In this document: positions 21,824 to 35,960 of the stretch, in pieces
Layout of the letters: each line of letters opens with the position of its first letter
Numbering within the stretch: position 1 is the first letter of the stretch
Assembly: GCA_030704615.1 (NCBI GenBank)
Contig: CM060734.1
Coordinates: 49,352,001 to 49,416,000, forward strand
Direction: 5' to 3'
Length of the DNA stretch: 64,000 nucleotides
Source: Takakia lepidozioides
Lineage: Eukaryota > Plantae > Bryophyta
The notes under the pieces: generated by a model
The model's database searches: none
What the model was told of the DNA's origin: nothing
What the model saw: only the letters and a program-made list of their open reading frames with translations
Translations under genes and position numbers: made by a program

Positions 21824-24800
21824 CTATTGGCTTGTCCCCAAAAGAGGCTCACTGAGACTATCCTCTACACTCCTACCAGATCCTGTAGCCTCCGCCCAGG
21901 TTTCTTGTTCTGCTTTCCAGACTTTGTTCACTGCTTGTTGCCCTTGTTTTGACAACCTCATTATCTGTGAAGATCAAGGAACGACGAGTCAATAAACTCC
22001 TACAAAGAGGAACTGCTCCCTCAATCATTCTATTGATTCTTCAATGCCTCCAGTACCCTGGTCGGTTACAACCCCACGGCCACGCTTGGAGGACAAGTAT
22101 TCCATGGGGAGTTACGACCAGGTAGACCAGGTCTAACACATCCACAGGACTCCCAAAAAGAATGCTGTAAATCCCAGACCTCTGCGATGCATGGATGAGT
22201 TTTTTGAACTTCATCTGAAACGTATCATCTGAATGAGCTGTCATTTTGTACAGACTGATTTTTCTTCTGACAAGAATGTTACATCTTTTGAGATCAAGGT
22301 TTGGACTGGTTTTAGTACAATCCCGTAAGAACAAAGCCTTCTGTAGGTTCTGAAGGTTACACCACAGGAGTCACTTAAACAAGAAAAACACAAAAGTACA
22401 CCAAACTGAAACTATTTCTTCAGCTGCACGACCAGTGCAACATTCATTCATCTTCCTTCTGAAAAAATGAATTGCAGACACGGAGTTGACAGAGTAGCTG
22501 AAGACTTACAGGTCCTCGAGAAGAACCAACGCGGCGTACCAAAGAAGACCCCCTATTCAATTGTGCTGCTGCTGCAGCTGCCACACGTATCCTGACCATA
22601 ACAAAACCACCAAGTTATGTACGATGCATATAATTTTGCCAGCATGAGCTACATCATAGACCACTGCATCTCTACCCATTGAGTTCAAATTAAGGGCCTT
22701 GCATGTAAAGTCGCTGCTGGGAATCATTAGTTCCTCATGTTTCACACGTTCCGAGAGTTTTTGTCCAACTGATCCAACCACATGGCATACACAACTGCAT
22801 GTAAGAAAAAGAAGATGCAACCACGAATCTGTGAGTGACTTGCCAAGAAAGGCCCTATCTCATTCAGGTTTGAATGACAAAATAGATTCAACATCACTGA
22901 TTTCAACCAATGAGTTGCATGGTTGAGCCATTGAGATGATATCTGCTGACAACATGCACTGAGGATGTAAGTTCTTTGGTCGCCAGGCTGCCAGATAAGT
23001 TGCATCAGCCTATGGCCCAACAACCCAAGGGCCTGAATTGGAACAGACAATTAGTAGGATACGAACCAATATTGGTGTCTAACAATGCATGCAACAATGG
23101 GGGATAGATGAGCCATGTCGCCATTTGATGCCCAATATATTTGTTATGCCAGAGATTGGCTGATGCAGTCCTAGCGCTTGTCGAATGGAAGTATAGTATG
23201 AACAAACCTCTTATGGACATCAATGTACTCGTCTGTTTCATCAACAATCTCCTCCTGTGAGTATGCCACAAACCACCACGCCATGGTTGGCATGAGCAAA
23301 CAGTTACGAGAGACCTGATATAAAAGAGTTTCTTCAAGGGGAAGCTAAATATGAAGCTACAGTCTTTCTACAATTTGCAAGAGGCACATCAAAATCAACA
23401 AAATCACAAGAACGACCTATGGTTGCCAGCAACTGGCCAAACGCTACAGGTGCAGTGTCTGACAAGGGTTGGAAGCAAGGCAACTCACGCAAGTCTCATG
23501 GTGAGAAAACTGTGTTTGTTTACTCTGCCCCCCTCACTCCCACCAACTTCAAAAAAGACGTATAGGGAACTTACTTGCAGAAGTTCTTCCATGACATCCT
23601 CCATGGTTATGATCCCTATAACTTCTCCCTCTTCCGCCTCATCTAATACTCCAGAGACTGGTCCTGCTGACTCCTTGAACCGAACCTGGGAAGGCTCTCT
23701 TTTCCCATTCTCTTCCCCTTGTCTACAGCTGATTTCTGGCTGACTGTCACCTGGTTGAACCGAACTCATCTCAGCCTGAATGCTCTGAAAGCCTTTTTCG
23801 GGATCCGCATATATAACTTCTAGGTCCTCAGACCCCTTTTCAGCACTTTCTTGGGTAGCCAGCATGCTACCCCTCTTGTTCAGGTGCCTTTTGCCCTTGG
23901 TTTTCACCACTGCAGCCATATGGCTACTGCCCTTCTGAAACTCATTCAATATGTCATATAGAGGCATGTTTGCTGGCACCCTGGGAAGACATCACCTAGA
24001 TCAGCAGTCTCCATACGGTTTCCAACACGTTAACATTTATGTTATCCAAGTCTAAAGAACTACATAACAAGACAAACTGCCTTAACACTAGACGAACACT
24101 TTTGAGAAAGACCAAGTTCTCAAATATATCACTACATTTAAGCAGCACAACCAATAGCAACGGTGAACAAATGCTGAGTGAGAACAATGAGAATCATGAT
24201 GATGGGTGGCGACACTCACCTTAACAAATGCTAGTCACATTCACCACTACTGTCAGTAATGACCCTCTGATATGGCCTAGTTCCAGCATCACTAAGAATG
24301 AATACCTGGGCATTCTTCTTATTGAGATTGCACTGACAGGAATCTCGGCCTCTGCTCGAACGGTCAGTAAGCTCTTCACCTGCATTTGAGGAACAGGTCA
24401 TTGACTATCAAATCAAAATGATGGGACATATCCTTAAAAGGGTTATGTTTTGAGAGACTCGTTTGTTGTAACCATGGATATCTCAATAAGCCCAAACGTC
24501 TGCAGAAAGCTCAAATAGCAAAAGGAAACAAGAACCATAATTGTTTGGTCTATCATGCTTACACACAGCTTTGCATCAGACATAAGAATCTACAAGTTCA
24601 AGTATCACTGCTATCATGGGATTTCAACCTGATAAGTTGGTTTGATATGAACATCCGAGGGCGTTGCGTTACTATATAGTATTCATACATGGAATTCAAT
24701 TACAGCCATGGCATAAAAACAAAATGTTCTGTAACATTGACACCCAGCATGTCTATGCTAATTGATGCTTTCCACACAAAGGTAAGATCAGGCAAGGCCA

Positions 24801-27800
24801 CAAACCAGTAGAAGTCCAATGATGTTGCGGGGGTTGCCAGCATACACGGGGACACGGCTATGGCCTCGAGCCAATATTTTTCCCAATGCCTCCCTGCAAA
24901 GAGCAGATATGTTGTTGCAAGATCACAAGATGGAAAGGATTAACAGGCAGAAACATTCCCAAAGAAATCATTCATCAAACAGAACATATTAACAACCAGA
25001 ACACTGCAAACACTAGAAGTGAACAGTTAGGATGCACTCATTCCATGTCTCACCAACATCCAGCTGACCATCTAGCAAGCTACATACTGAACTCACATGG
25101 ATTCACCGAGAAGCAAAGTAGTAAATGTAGCACTTCGGTAGCCCCGTATCAACTTCTGCAGATATCCATTATGTAATTATCAAACCAACGATACATACCA
25201 ATCTAACTTGGAGTTTGCATCCAACGAGAAGGTAGACTCGATTGGTGTCATAGCCTCCTCCGCAGTCTGATTTAGTCAAAGCCAAGAGTGAGCACAGAAA
25301 TCTTTGTATGCAGTCTACCATGGACATCCTTCTATTTTGTTGGAGTGAACGGGACCTTGTGAGGCCAGAATTATGCTACATCAGGGAAGGGGGCCAATTG
25401 GTGGAGACTTATACACTACAGACAAAGCAACCCAGACGAATGCCAAGGACAACTTAAACATAGACCAAGCTCCTTCTTCCCACCCGTCTCCTCAAGAACC
25501 CTCTGTCATCACTTCCACATGCCCTTGGCAAGAGATGGAAAACATCCCTAATTTTGATACCAGTTCTCTAATCTCCAGTTCTACTATCACCTATGCACCC
25601 TAAAATATTATCTTCTGGTGAGTATCAAGGACACAGGAACCCTCTCAAATCCATGTGATATATCTCTGACAAAGACCCCATACCAGTGTGAGGATTTCAA
25701 GCACATTCACAGGACTGCAGCCTGAGCAACTTAATCTACTTCCGCCCACCCATCAGTAGATCAAAACTAAGCCCTCAAACAATCATGTGCATGGTGTACA
25801 AATCCTCTTGTTATGCACATAGTCACATCTTGCATCCCTCCATATCCATGATAAAGGCAGCATTGCAACTTTCTTCACATTAGATGACTAAATGCATACA
25901 TAAACATATACAGTTCCTTAAGATATGTACATGCCTGTCACTTGCAAGAACATACATTCACCAAGGTGAAAAGCTGGACTCACTGCCTTGCGGCAAGCTG
26001 ACCTTCTCGGTCAGATCCAAAGCTCCATTGATGATTGTGGTCTCATCATGCGTAAGATCCCCTCCCTTTCCAGCCTAGTTTCATCCCACCACACACGTGC
26101 TCTTGAGATTTATCCCATGCATGAGTTACCACCAATACACTGAGTGCACTGATAAATACATTTCGCTTCCTTTGCTTTCTCAACCCAGCATGACTGGCAA
26201 TGCAACAACACGCATGTGTATTTAGGTGAAGGATTATACAAGCAGTGTTGGATCATGACTTCTCTTTTCTAAGGAAATGTCAATGCCAAACATAGATCAC
26301 CATCCAAATCCCTGCAGTAGTGTTGTTATTGGGTGGCCTCCATACAAGGGCAACAAATGTGGGCACTGGCTAATTTTAAGCCCTACTATCGGATCGCAGC
26401 ACTTTCTCACGAGAACTACAACCTCATTACATGGAATGGAACTTTATAACATCCGCAGAAAGCTCAAAGAGCTTATGGGACAAAAGGAAACAAGAAAGAG
26501 AACGAAACACAAATAGGGAGCCAGAAGCATCCCAAAAGCAACTACTGCTCAAGAGATTGCCTAAGGGTCAAACCTTCATGCAGGTAAGCTGCCAAGCATT
26601 TCTGATCCTCATAATGGAAGGCTTCTGTGAGAGATTGGGGTTCACAGAATAGACAGTTGAATCTCCCACGGACCACATAGTAAAGAGGGCAGTAAAAGAA
26701 AAAGTGTTCTTCAGTTTCAAACACTGGTTGCACCCGGTGCATGCTGGGCATAGGGGCACTTCTCATGCATACCCTAGCTAAAACCCCCGCATTAGCACAT
26801 CCCTTTAGTTTGAGGGTCTCTTTGAGCAACATGTGTGTCAGAGAGTTCTCATGCTCGGGTGACCAGACTCCATGAAGTGTTTCGCTACTAATTCAGACAA
26901 ATAAGGTGTGTGATGAAATTGTTTTGGTTGTGGAGGGTAGGGATATGACCATAAGCCCTTAAGGCACATCATTGTCATAAGAAACAGCCATCAACTGTTC
27001 CCAAACAACAAATCCGTACGACTTGGACCATAAAAGCTCTAAATATGATGCCAATCTGCTGAGCCTCATGTTCCTAGCCCCTCTTGTAACAAGAAAGCTT
27101 CTTATGGCCACACACTAGACAAAATGTATAGTCTATAAGAAAGTTTTACTAGAATACCTACCTCTTTCCCATGAATAGAAACAAGCGCCTTCAATTGTGC
27201 CCGCCTGAACAATGCTGAATCATCATGACCAAGTAAGTAGTCCAGGATCTGCAGAATCACTCCACCCAAACACCCATTACACCATGTACGGCCCTTCAAC
27301 CCAAGACAGCAAGACTCGGACTAAACAATGGTCAATGTATCACATATCAGTACACATATTAGCACTCTCAGAAAGTTAGGACGCCTATTTCTGGAGAAAG
27401 TATGTACTCATAAGACATCAATTGCCGTAGCTTTGTGGCCATGGACCCCAGTTTGGGCACTCTATGAAAAAGAAAGAGAGAGACAGGAAAGATTGTAAGT
27501 TCCTCACAATGGAGCAATTCAGACGAAAGAGACATAATCATCAATAATAAGCAAGAGAAAAGGACCTACCCTTCCAACCGGATACGTGACTGGCCAGCAC
27601 ACCCACATGAGGATTTTTACCAGCCAAACAAAATTGGCACCAACAGCAAGTCCATAGCGTGAACATATGGCCTGAGGAATAACCTGTATGAAGAAAAAGA
27701 GTATTACCACCAGGACATACCTAGTAACTACTATTTCCAAAGCGTACCTCATAACCTCTTGACAATTATAAAGAGGAGATTTCCATTAACACACTTCCAT

Positions 27801-28985
27801 ATTCCCTGGCAGAACAAGCATGGTGTTGCAGATGATAACACCTGTGCCAAACCTGTGTCCCTTTTACCTTGCAGGTCAATATTCTGGATGTGTGGCAACT
27901 ATAAACTCAATGAACAATGGAATCTATACGTTACCACTGATGAAAATTATCATCTGGCAATATGCTGAGCTAGACAGCTATCACTGAAATCGATAGACGA
28001 ATAAGACACTGTCCCACATCACCTCACTGCCACTTGATGCCTACTTCGATATCCCAGAGGTTACTATGTCAGCCCAGTCTTTTGAAACAACCTTGGGAGG
28101 GGTGAAACGAAGACCAGCATACCTCACCAAACGCAAGGACAAATGTGACAGATAAGATCACAGCCACCACCTCATTGAACATATTGTCTAGAAATATTGG
28201 AAGGGCCTGCATTAGAATCAACAACAGTACATACTTTAGTCAATAAAAAGAGGAGTGCAATCCATGACATAAGTCAACAAAAGTGTTACCTCGTCACTCC
28301 ATTTCATTAGGAGAGAAAACAATGTAGCCGGATGACCACGAGGGGAGGCCAGCACAGGAAAGAGCTGGAAAAAAACAGCTGTGCAACCCACTAGAGTTTC
28401 CAGACCTACCTCCATGGCGGCTGCGTTACACAGAAGCAACGTGACTAGGAGCTGATGCTGCTTTTGCACCACTGGGAGAATTGTCGCTGCCACAAAATTC
28501 AGTGCACATAGTGACAGTGAGAAAGCTTGCAATGAAATGAATTCCAGAAATTGTTTCTTCTTTTTAAAAGACTCACAGGCTCCAGAGGTTCACTAATCTC
28601 CATCTTTTAAAACAGTCTCACTCAATGATGTTCAACACCAGGCATCCCAGACACTTTAATGGATACATTTTTAACCAAAACTATGTAAAACTGCCTGTTG
28701 TGCAAATTAGAAACCAGGTTGAGGTGGAACGATAATCTGAAACTTCCGTCGAGAAAGCTTACCAGCCTGCTTCTTCTCCTCCTTGGTGCCACTCCTCTGC
28801 AGTACCTCTAAATCCACCAGTCCCAGAGACATGAGGCCCAGGGTGAGGCCTGACATAATCCCAGCCAACAGCACCAGAAACACTGAAATCCCACCGTAGA
28901 TCCACCACCAAGCCGATCCGTAATCCATAGGATTGTCCTCGATATTTGGCCAGACTGGATGGATAGATGCGAAAAAACCTAGCAT
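21824..28985 (-). CDS. CNNM / DUF21-CBS domain protein (CBSDUF/MGR-type Mg2+ transporter), 13 exons
   Basis: Approximate exons: 28985-28763, 28486-28410, 28207-28122, 27683-27570, 27248-27160, 26074-26003, 25266-25198, 24894-24805, 24380-24305, 23980-23576, 23255-23208, 22591-22510, 21964-21824. Motifs [89 protein letters not shown] and a C-terminal SEPLL. The true start may lie further upstream. Confidence 0.93.
26430..26760 (-). mobile_element. 3' fragment of LINE family B inside a CNNM intron
   Basis: [24 protein letters not shown]...[12 protein letters not shown] plus the same 3' UTR as 10760-10940. Confidence 0.88.
27403..27455 (-). mobile_element. Degenerate 3' tip of LINE family A in a CNNM intron
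   Basis: TGTACTCATAAGAC...TTGCCGTAGCTTTGTGGCCATGGACCCC resembles the family-A 3' end. Confidence 0.7.
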
Positions 28986-29701
28986 CCACAATTTGTCTCT
29001 CACTCTATCCCACTCTACCTGTCTCCTTGCGAAGGTCTTGTCAAGGCGGTTTATGAGCGTGCCTACGTATGTGTATGGTTCAACAACTCTGAACTCTGAG
29101 AAAGCTTTTTGCTGGAGACACCTACTCTTGCTCAAGTGCTAAGTGCATCAAACACCTTCTACGCTGGCTGATGGACTAACAAAAGGGCACAATTCGAGTA
29201 ACAGCTTGGACAAGCTCAATCGAACCTACCCTGGCCTACATGGATCTCGGCAGAAGTAGAATGTTCCACATTCTTGGCTTGTTTACACGTATAGCATGCC
29301 TTCACGGCAACAATCTCATCATCATTCACAATGTGCTGCGTCTCCTCCCTCGCATCCCTTGTCTGTGTGGATGCGGTGGCGAAAGGAGCGTTGTGACGGC
29401 CACGTAAGGTATCCCACTGCTGTACTCACCAGTTTTTCTTCCCTCCCTCTCCACGTGTCCATTTGTGTTTGTGCCACAATAACATTTTAATTCCAATTTT
29501 TTTTTTTCCTTGGTTCCGTGCAGAACAGGGGGATTGATTTTTCTCTTAAGAAAACCAGTGGGAGGGACTGCCGCCTCACAATTCAGGTCCTTTACAGAGG
29601 AGGGCAAAAATTAACCCCCTTTCAAAGGATGCAATCCCCGGGCCAACCGGCCACGAAACCTTACCCACAGAGGACACGATATTAGGATTTGAGCCCCATA
29701 C

Positions 29702-30823
29702 CAGTGTTGGACTGGTATTAGGTTTTGCTTATACCGGTAGGTTCCTGGTAGGAACTTTTTTTGTTTTTGTGTTCTGGTAGGTTGTTAAATACCGTAGAGT
29801 CCTTCGTTGTCTGGCGCATTGCTGCCGAATATTTAATTATCTCAGAGAAAGTAGGTCTGGCACCTAAAGTTAGATTTTTACAATTTTTGAACAAGTTGGT
29901 CACATACATTTAAATTACCTCTAGGGAGGTAATTAGGGTATTTCCTCTAGAGGATAACCCTAACGCGGAATTCTTTATGGCTTTGACATTGAGGTCATTA
30001 CTTTCTGAATATTTCAGATAAAAAAAATTGATTTAATAAACGCCGGACATCGGAGGACTCTACGGTAATGTTTTTTTTTTAATTCTGGTACCAGGCTGGT
30101 ATCAAGAATGCACTTCATGAAAAAATGGAGGTCTGATATCAACAATGGTCCTCGGAAATATTCTTGCAAAATATCAACAACGGTCATCAATACTTGGAGT
30201 GCATAAACCCTGTCACTTTTGTAAACTACTTGAAGAGTCAATATCTGCAGATCACAAGGAAGCTCAGCGTGTTGTTGCCTAGCTTCAATGCCTAGTTTCA
30301 AATCCACTGTACATGGCAATGCTAATCCTACCATATCTGCCGTGGCTGCTACAATATCCCCTCCCACATTGATACCAGGAAGCTCTGCAACATAACTGTA
30401 AACACGGGTAACAACATCGGGTCCTATCCAGTGTTGGGCGGTTATTTGATTTTTTTCATAACCGGCGGTTCCGGTTGCTTCAAATTTTAGAAAACTATTA
30501 ACCTGCGGTTGCGGTTATTAAATATTTTATGGCTAGATATAACCTGCCGGTTACGGTTACTTGCAAAAACCTAGGTTATGCACATGCAAGGCACAAACAC
30601 CCAACCACTGGGCTACCTGCTCAGGTGCGAAAAATTCAAATTACCACCCAACACTAGTCCTATCGCTGTAAGCCGAGGCGGGTAGGGTTCATGTCGATCA
30701 CTCTCTCAAGCCCTAACCATCGGCCTGTTCTGCATGTAGTTTTTAGGTTTCAAGAACCTTCTGGTAGGTTAGCTTATATCCGGGTTAATAACTGGGTGGA
30801 CCCTCAATACCAGTCCAACACTG
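29702..30823. mobile_element. Non-autonomous hAT element (1.12 kb)
   Basis: 18-bp TIR CAGTGTTGGACTGGTATT / AATACCAGTCCAACACTG. 8-bp TSD CCCCATAC (29694-29701) / TCCCATAC (30824-30831), one mismatch. Confidence 0.9.
30429..30656. mobile_element. 228-bp hAT MITE nested in the previous element
   Basis: TIR CAGTGTTGGGCGGT / ACCACCCAACACTA. Exact TSD GTCCTATC at 30421-30428 and 30657-30664. Internal CGGTT motifs like those of the 7.4-kb hAT. Confidence 0.92.
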
Positions 30824-31226
30824 TCCCATACCACTAGGGTGACACTATGTGTACTATCCAACTGAACTAGTCAAATTTCAGTGCCAACAATTAAGAAAGT
30901 TGTAACTCAAAAGAATGTGGGGTCGGTATCTACACCCAAAAACAATGGTGAACCTGGAAGAACCATGTGGTATTTAGGTGCTACAATGTGCTTTATGGCT
31001 GTTTTCTTAAAACTTTTGATAGTTTAGGTTCCAAATTTTTATTTTCTACGGGGCCTGCTTGCAGAGCCCACCAAAGGGAGACGTAATAAAATGGAACCCT
31101 TACCCTCCTTATATAGTCTTTGGAGGCGGTGGTGGAGCCTTCTATATAAAAAACCCGTGTCTACCTCCCATCGACCCCGCTTCTACGCGTAACCCCCTAC
31201 TTCTATGCAAACAGGTGTGTGCAGCC

Positions 31227-31339
31227 TGTTGAGCCATTTCCCTCCTCTCCAAGCCTCCCGTCGGCCCCACTGATTGGCTCCTCCTATATTGTCGAGTTGC
31301 CTGACCTTCCCAAGCTGGCCAAATGAGTTGGGGTACATT
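31227..31339. repeat. Dispersed repeat, direct copy at 43771-43888
   Basis: GAGCCATT...CCAAGCCTCCCG...CCCACTGATTGGCTC...ACCTTCCCAA.CTGGCCAAATGA.TTGGGGTA is shared by both sites. Confidence 0.85.
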
Positions 31340-33919
31340 ATAACGAGATCAAAAGTCGAGGAGGAATCAACAGCAGGTGCCTCCAAGACAAGACTAATAA
31401 ACTTGAAAGCAATCCTGGACAGTAGCAAAACGAAAAAATGAGAGTGAAAAAGAGCAGTGAGGCAAAAAACTTATTATTATTATTATTATTATTTAAAGGG
31501 AAACACTTGGGAGCGACAGCTCACAAATCAGCCCCCTTGATAGAGAGAGGAGAAAATAACCTCTTAGTAACCTCAACTTAATCTCACACTACGAAACCAC
31601 AAACAAGGGATCTAACATTATTAAGGTGAATACGATAGCCTAAGAATGTTCCACTAACTTGATCAGAAGGATATAAAAGTATACAATAAAACTAATAATC
31701 TTAGTTACAATGGAGAGTTCGGGATTGTACAGAACAGGGTTGTAACTAAGATTATTAGTCTGATGTAAAGATTGTACAATCCCCCTGTTCTGTTATTTTT
31801 TAAGAAAAACAAAAAAAAGAAAGTTAGGAGAGTAGTTTTAATGTAGAATATGTACATGTCGCGGCATAGTCAGCGATGTCATCATTGTTAGCCACGTCAT
31901 AGGTGTCATTTTTTAATCTGCCGAGGATGCAAAAATTGAATTATGAAAATCATTTTTGTCAAATTTATCTGCTCTAATATTTCACTTTCTTTATTTTGTT
32001 TCTTCACATATTCAATGTAAGTATTACAACACTTCTAAATATTAATTATGATAGAATGCCAACAGAAATTTATGGTTTGCCAGGTTTTCAAAACCCTCAT
32101 AAGTACAACACTAATTTTGTGGTGAGCACATTTTAATTTACTAAAATATTACTATAGTACATATATATATTATAAATATAGGATCATAGCTAATGAAATG
32201 TCAAAACTCTTAATATTGGATTTTTGTCTCTTGTCTATATGTTGGATAATTTAGATATTCATAATTATACATGAACATCAACAAACTCTATGATATATAT
32301 TAAGTGTATGTATATCTATTTAATCTTTATGTTTAAATATTTTAGCTTTACTTAACATTAAGATGTTGATTTATAAAAGTCTTTATAGATCCACCCTGAT
32401 AGGAGCAGTAGCCATAAAATGAGATGGCTCTTACTTACGCTAGCTCTAGTCAAAGTCTTTTCTCTTTATAACAGAAATAATACCATGATTTGAATTTGTT
32501 TTTATTTTAAAAATTCATAATATTTTGATTTTTAAATCTATGTGAAGTGCATTTTTTTAAGATTTTTTATATTTTTTATTTCTAACTTAAAATATAAAGA
32601 GATATTGAAAAACTCTTCTCGAAACACACACACATTATGTATGGTGTCACTTCACTGTGAATGGGTACTACCTTCCATTTGGAATGTAACCACCCTTTAA
32701 TGGCCATAACCGGTGCAACGTGGGAAGATAAGTAACAGATTGATCATTTTCTCAACAAAACTCAAAGAGTTGAAGCTAGCTGAATATAGGAAAAGTATCG
32801 TCAAATCGCATACCTACAGTTTTACATTATTTCTAATAATTTTGGCATAAAATATATTTCCTATCAAAATGAAATAGGGCTCTCTTGCTTTGGCAAATCA
32901 TAGGCTAAGGGAGCATGACTAAACACAATACACCAATCGGTGCCTTGACACGGTATAAGGTTCTTTGACCACATTTCTCCGTGGACTAGTTGAACATGAT
33001 GCACACTCTCTACACAAGAGAACCAACAAACGTTGAACTAAATATTGTAATTATGGTCAGAAGTTGTCCCTAATATGCAATTCGTAATTTAAGATTAGTG
33101 TAAAGAGGGGATTGTCCCACATTAATAGCTATTGTGCGATAATTGCAAAGATCAGACACCCTCACCCATGTGGGCCACCTATAGTTTGCCTTGGATAAAT
33201 GTTAACAGTGGGGAGTAGAAAAAATAATAATATTTATACAAAGTTAATACATTAAAAAATATGAAGGGGAAAATGTAGCACATTAATATTAATATTTAAT
33301 AAATATATAATTTATGATATGAAAACTTATGAAATAAAATGTAATATATGTAGACATTCAACTATGGGAAGAAAATACGAATGGACTTTGGTTTGGTGAG
33401 TATCTCTAAAATGCATACCATCGAGTTTTTTTCTCTAGGCGTTTCATGGCTAAAATAGTTTTCCTAATGTCATAAGTCTTTTGCTCCAAATACTAGGAAA
33501 TTGTAGCTCTTTTGTAGCTATGTCTATTTTGACATCCTTGAATGTTACATGGGTTGGTAGTGGCAAGTGTGTGTTCTCCCTCGTCATCAACTTGACCGTC
33601 TGCAGAGAGGCTTTAGAACCCAACAACTCCAACACATCATCCTTGGTAGCTTCATAAGGGTTGTTAAGATCAAACTCAAGCTCATAATGGACAAATTTTT
33701 AGGCATCCATATTAGGTAAGACAAGGGAAGTAGTACTCTGAGAGACCAAGGAAAGTTGCCTCACAATGCAGTGACCTCATCCAGATCTTCATCATTTGAT
33801 CTAGAACCCACCTAACTCAAACGTGGGATTATCAAAAGCCTTATGTGTCCCTGTGCAATTTTTTAACGTGTTTTGTTTGATAAGGGGCAGTATCTGTAAG
33901 AGGCTCTACCAAGTATAGA

Positions 33920-34089
33920 AGGTTTGGTATGATTGAAAACTCCAAGATTTTGCGAGATCGCAATTGTGGATTTATAAACTTCACCAGGTTAGAGGATGTT
34001 GTTGCTGCTATGGATGCCTTCGATCACAAATGCAAAAGGAGATCAAGAATTGCAAGTTGATTATGGGCGGTCTCAATCCTGTAAAGAGG
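33920..34089 (+). pseudogene. RRM fragment resembling FPA/Spen-family RRM2
   Basis: RFGMIENSKILRDRNCGFINFTRLEDVVAAMDAF then, after a frameshift, GDQELQVDYGRSQS, followed by a GTATG donor. Contains an RNP1-like CGFINF. Confidence 0.65.
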
Positions 34090-34432
34090 GTATGTATGTG
34101 CATGGGAATTGTGCAAGAGGCTATATTGTTCAGACAATCAGGTTTATAAATCAGAATGACATGCTTGTGCTTTATCAAATGTATTGGTCTTCTAAAGCTT
34201 CTGATGTTAATGATTGTAGAGACCACCAGGACAAATTTCAGACCTTTGCAAATGTCGCAAGCGTTGCAAGCACTGTGGGGAGCGAAACCAAATCTCTCAA
34301 ACGTTCAATATACCTACACAACAATCAATGCCATTAGTTGTCTTCCCTGGTTCACATTACAACTAAGGCAGCTTAGGGAGATCTCTAAACTAGATCTATT
34401 CTCTGTAAAGCTTCTCAAGCCAATGTCTCCAC

Positions 34433-35179
34433 AAGAGCTGCCAAAGAAAAGTCTCCCAACTTATAGAGAGTCTTGTTTTGACATCGCTAAAATCCACACC
34501 CAGGGTATGCCACATCTGGCCCCCTCCTCCAAAGACAAAGATGAAGACAGAGCAGCGAGTAGGGTTGGGACATAGTAAGAGCACTGTACTGCTCTGACTG
34601 CCGCTCTCATTGTTTGCAGCTTGTGGGATAGACTAAGTAGTATGCCTGTCATACCTTTCTGATTAAATGGGCAGTATGGCAGATAAATTGGTATCTCTAC
34701 AACCACTACTGGTATTCCATATTCATGCTCTGCCATCAACCCCGAAGCTCCTGTATCCCTAAATGGAGATTTCCCCAAGACTTAATGGGCAATCTTCCCC
34801 ATGAGAGCTATGCTACCTTGTCTATCCTTTAAGAGCATTCCTTCAAATGACAAGGTCCATAGACAATGTCCATGAGACTTTCAATCACCACATTCAGGAC
34901 TACTGCATCGCAGAAATTTCCATTCATATTGCACTACAGCACTCCCAACTTAGCAGGCCCAGACCTCACATACTCACAATGCAACTGTACCTAGCCCCAC
35001 ACTTGAACAGAGGCCTAAGAAAATGAAACAAACAGTGATCTTAAACACATTTGGGCTGGAGCAGCAGTTCCAAAACGCAAGACTCGAACTATATTATGAA
35101 CAATCACAACACTGGAGCAACCTTGGGGCACCATATGTGTGGCTTGCAGTGTGCAACAAATACATCACCCCAGTGAAAG
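34433..35179. repeat. Reshuffled copy of blocks from 15.3-18.4 kb
   Basis: 34433-34698 is direct to 17453-17699, 34705-35108 is inverted to 18038-18436, and 35113-35179 is direct to 17382-17447 and 15353-15418. Confidence 0.85.
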
Positions 35180-35794
35180 TGTCCGGTTGTATTTACAAGT
35201 ACCTAGTCCACCTGCCTACAATCGTGCTATGGCCTTGCTTCGCTATGTACTGGACATTACTCATGCAATGCTCCATGTCGTCAAACAAATTATCCATGTC
35301 ATATACGTTACTCTGATGACATGAGAATGACACTAATTATGTTTGCTCTATTACGACATGGATTACGTGTTAATTTTAATACATAGTGTTGAGATACTAC
35401 TTCCGGGCCAAAATCTTGCTTGACTTCATCTCTACGAATTTCATGTCTTAACCATGCAAATTACTACAACACGAAGTAAGTGACAGTGCAACATATATTG
35501 TTTTAAGTAATTTTTTCACATGGAAGTGATGGCTTGAAACTTATTCACACCATCTCCGTACGATTGATCTCATTCCAAGCACGAATATGGTGCTTAAGTA
35601 TCACTATTCAAGTCCATCCACTCATTTGTAGCTCTCACAACAACATTTATATCCTTGTAGGATTTCCATTTGATGTGAAGCCTATGAATTTTATTCAATC
35701 GGCCATTAATGACTCGAAGGCCAATTGCACCTTGAAAAGTATGAAATCAATGTAGCTCATGTCTCAACTTCACATTTTTTTTTTGAAGGTCCAT

Positions 35795-35960
35795 GTGGAG
35801 ACTCTGTCCTTTATTTCGCTTGCCTCTACATAGCATGCCGCCAGGATGATAAGCCCCCCTGTACTCGTAAGCACATATCTTCAGTTGCAAACGCATCACC
35901 CAAGGAGATTGGGCGCGCCACAAAATACATAGAGAAGAAACTGCAACAATCAGTACAGTG
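35795..35960 (+). pseudogene. Fragment of transcription initiation factor IIB (first cyclin repeat)
   Basis: [42 protein letters not shown] matches the TFIIB signature ([24 protein letters not shown]...KKEIGRa). No other exons visible. Confidence 0.85.

Noticed and set aside
29521-31792. Perfect 16-bp inverted pair CAGAACAGGGGGATTG / CAATCCCCCTGTTCTG as TIRs of a 2.3-kb element
   Set aside because: No TSD, and similar motifs recur at ~31730 and ~37980, so the pairing is ambiguous.
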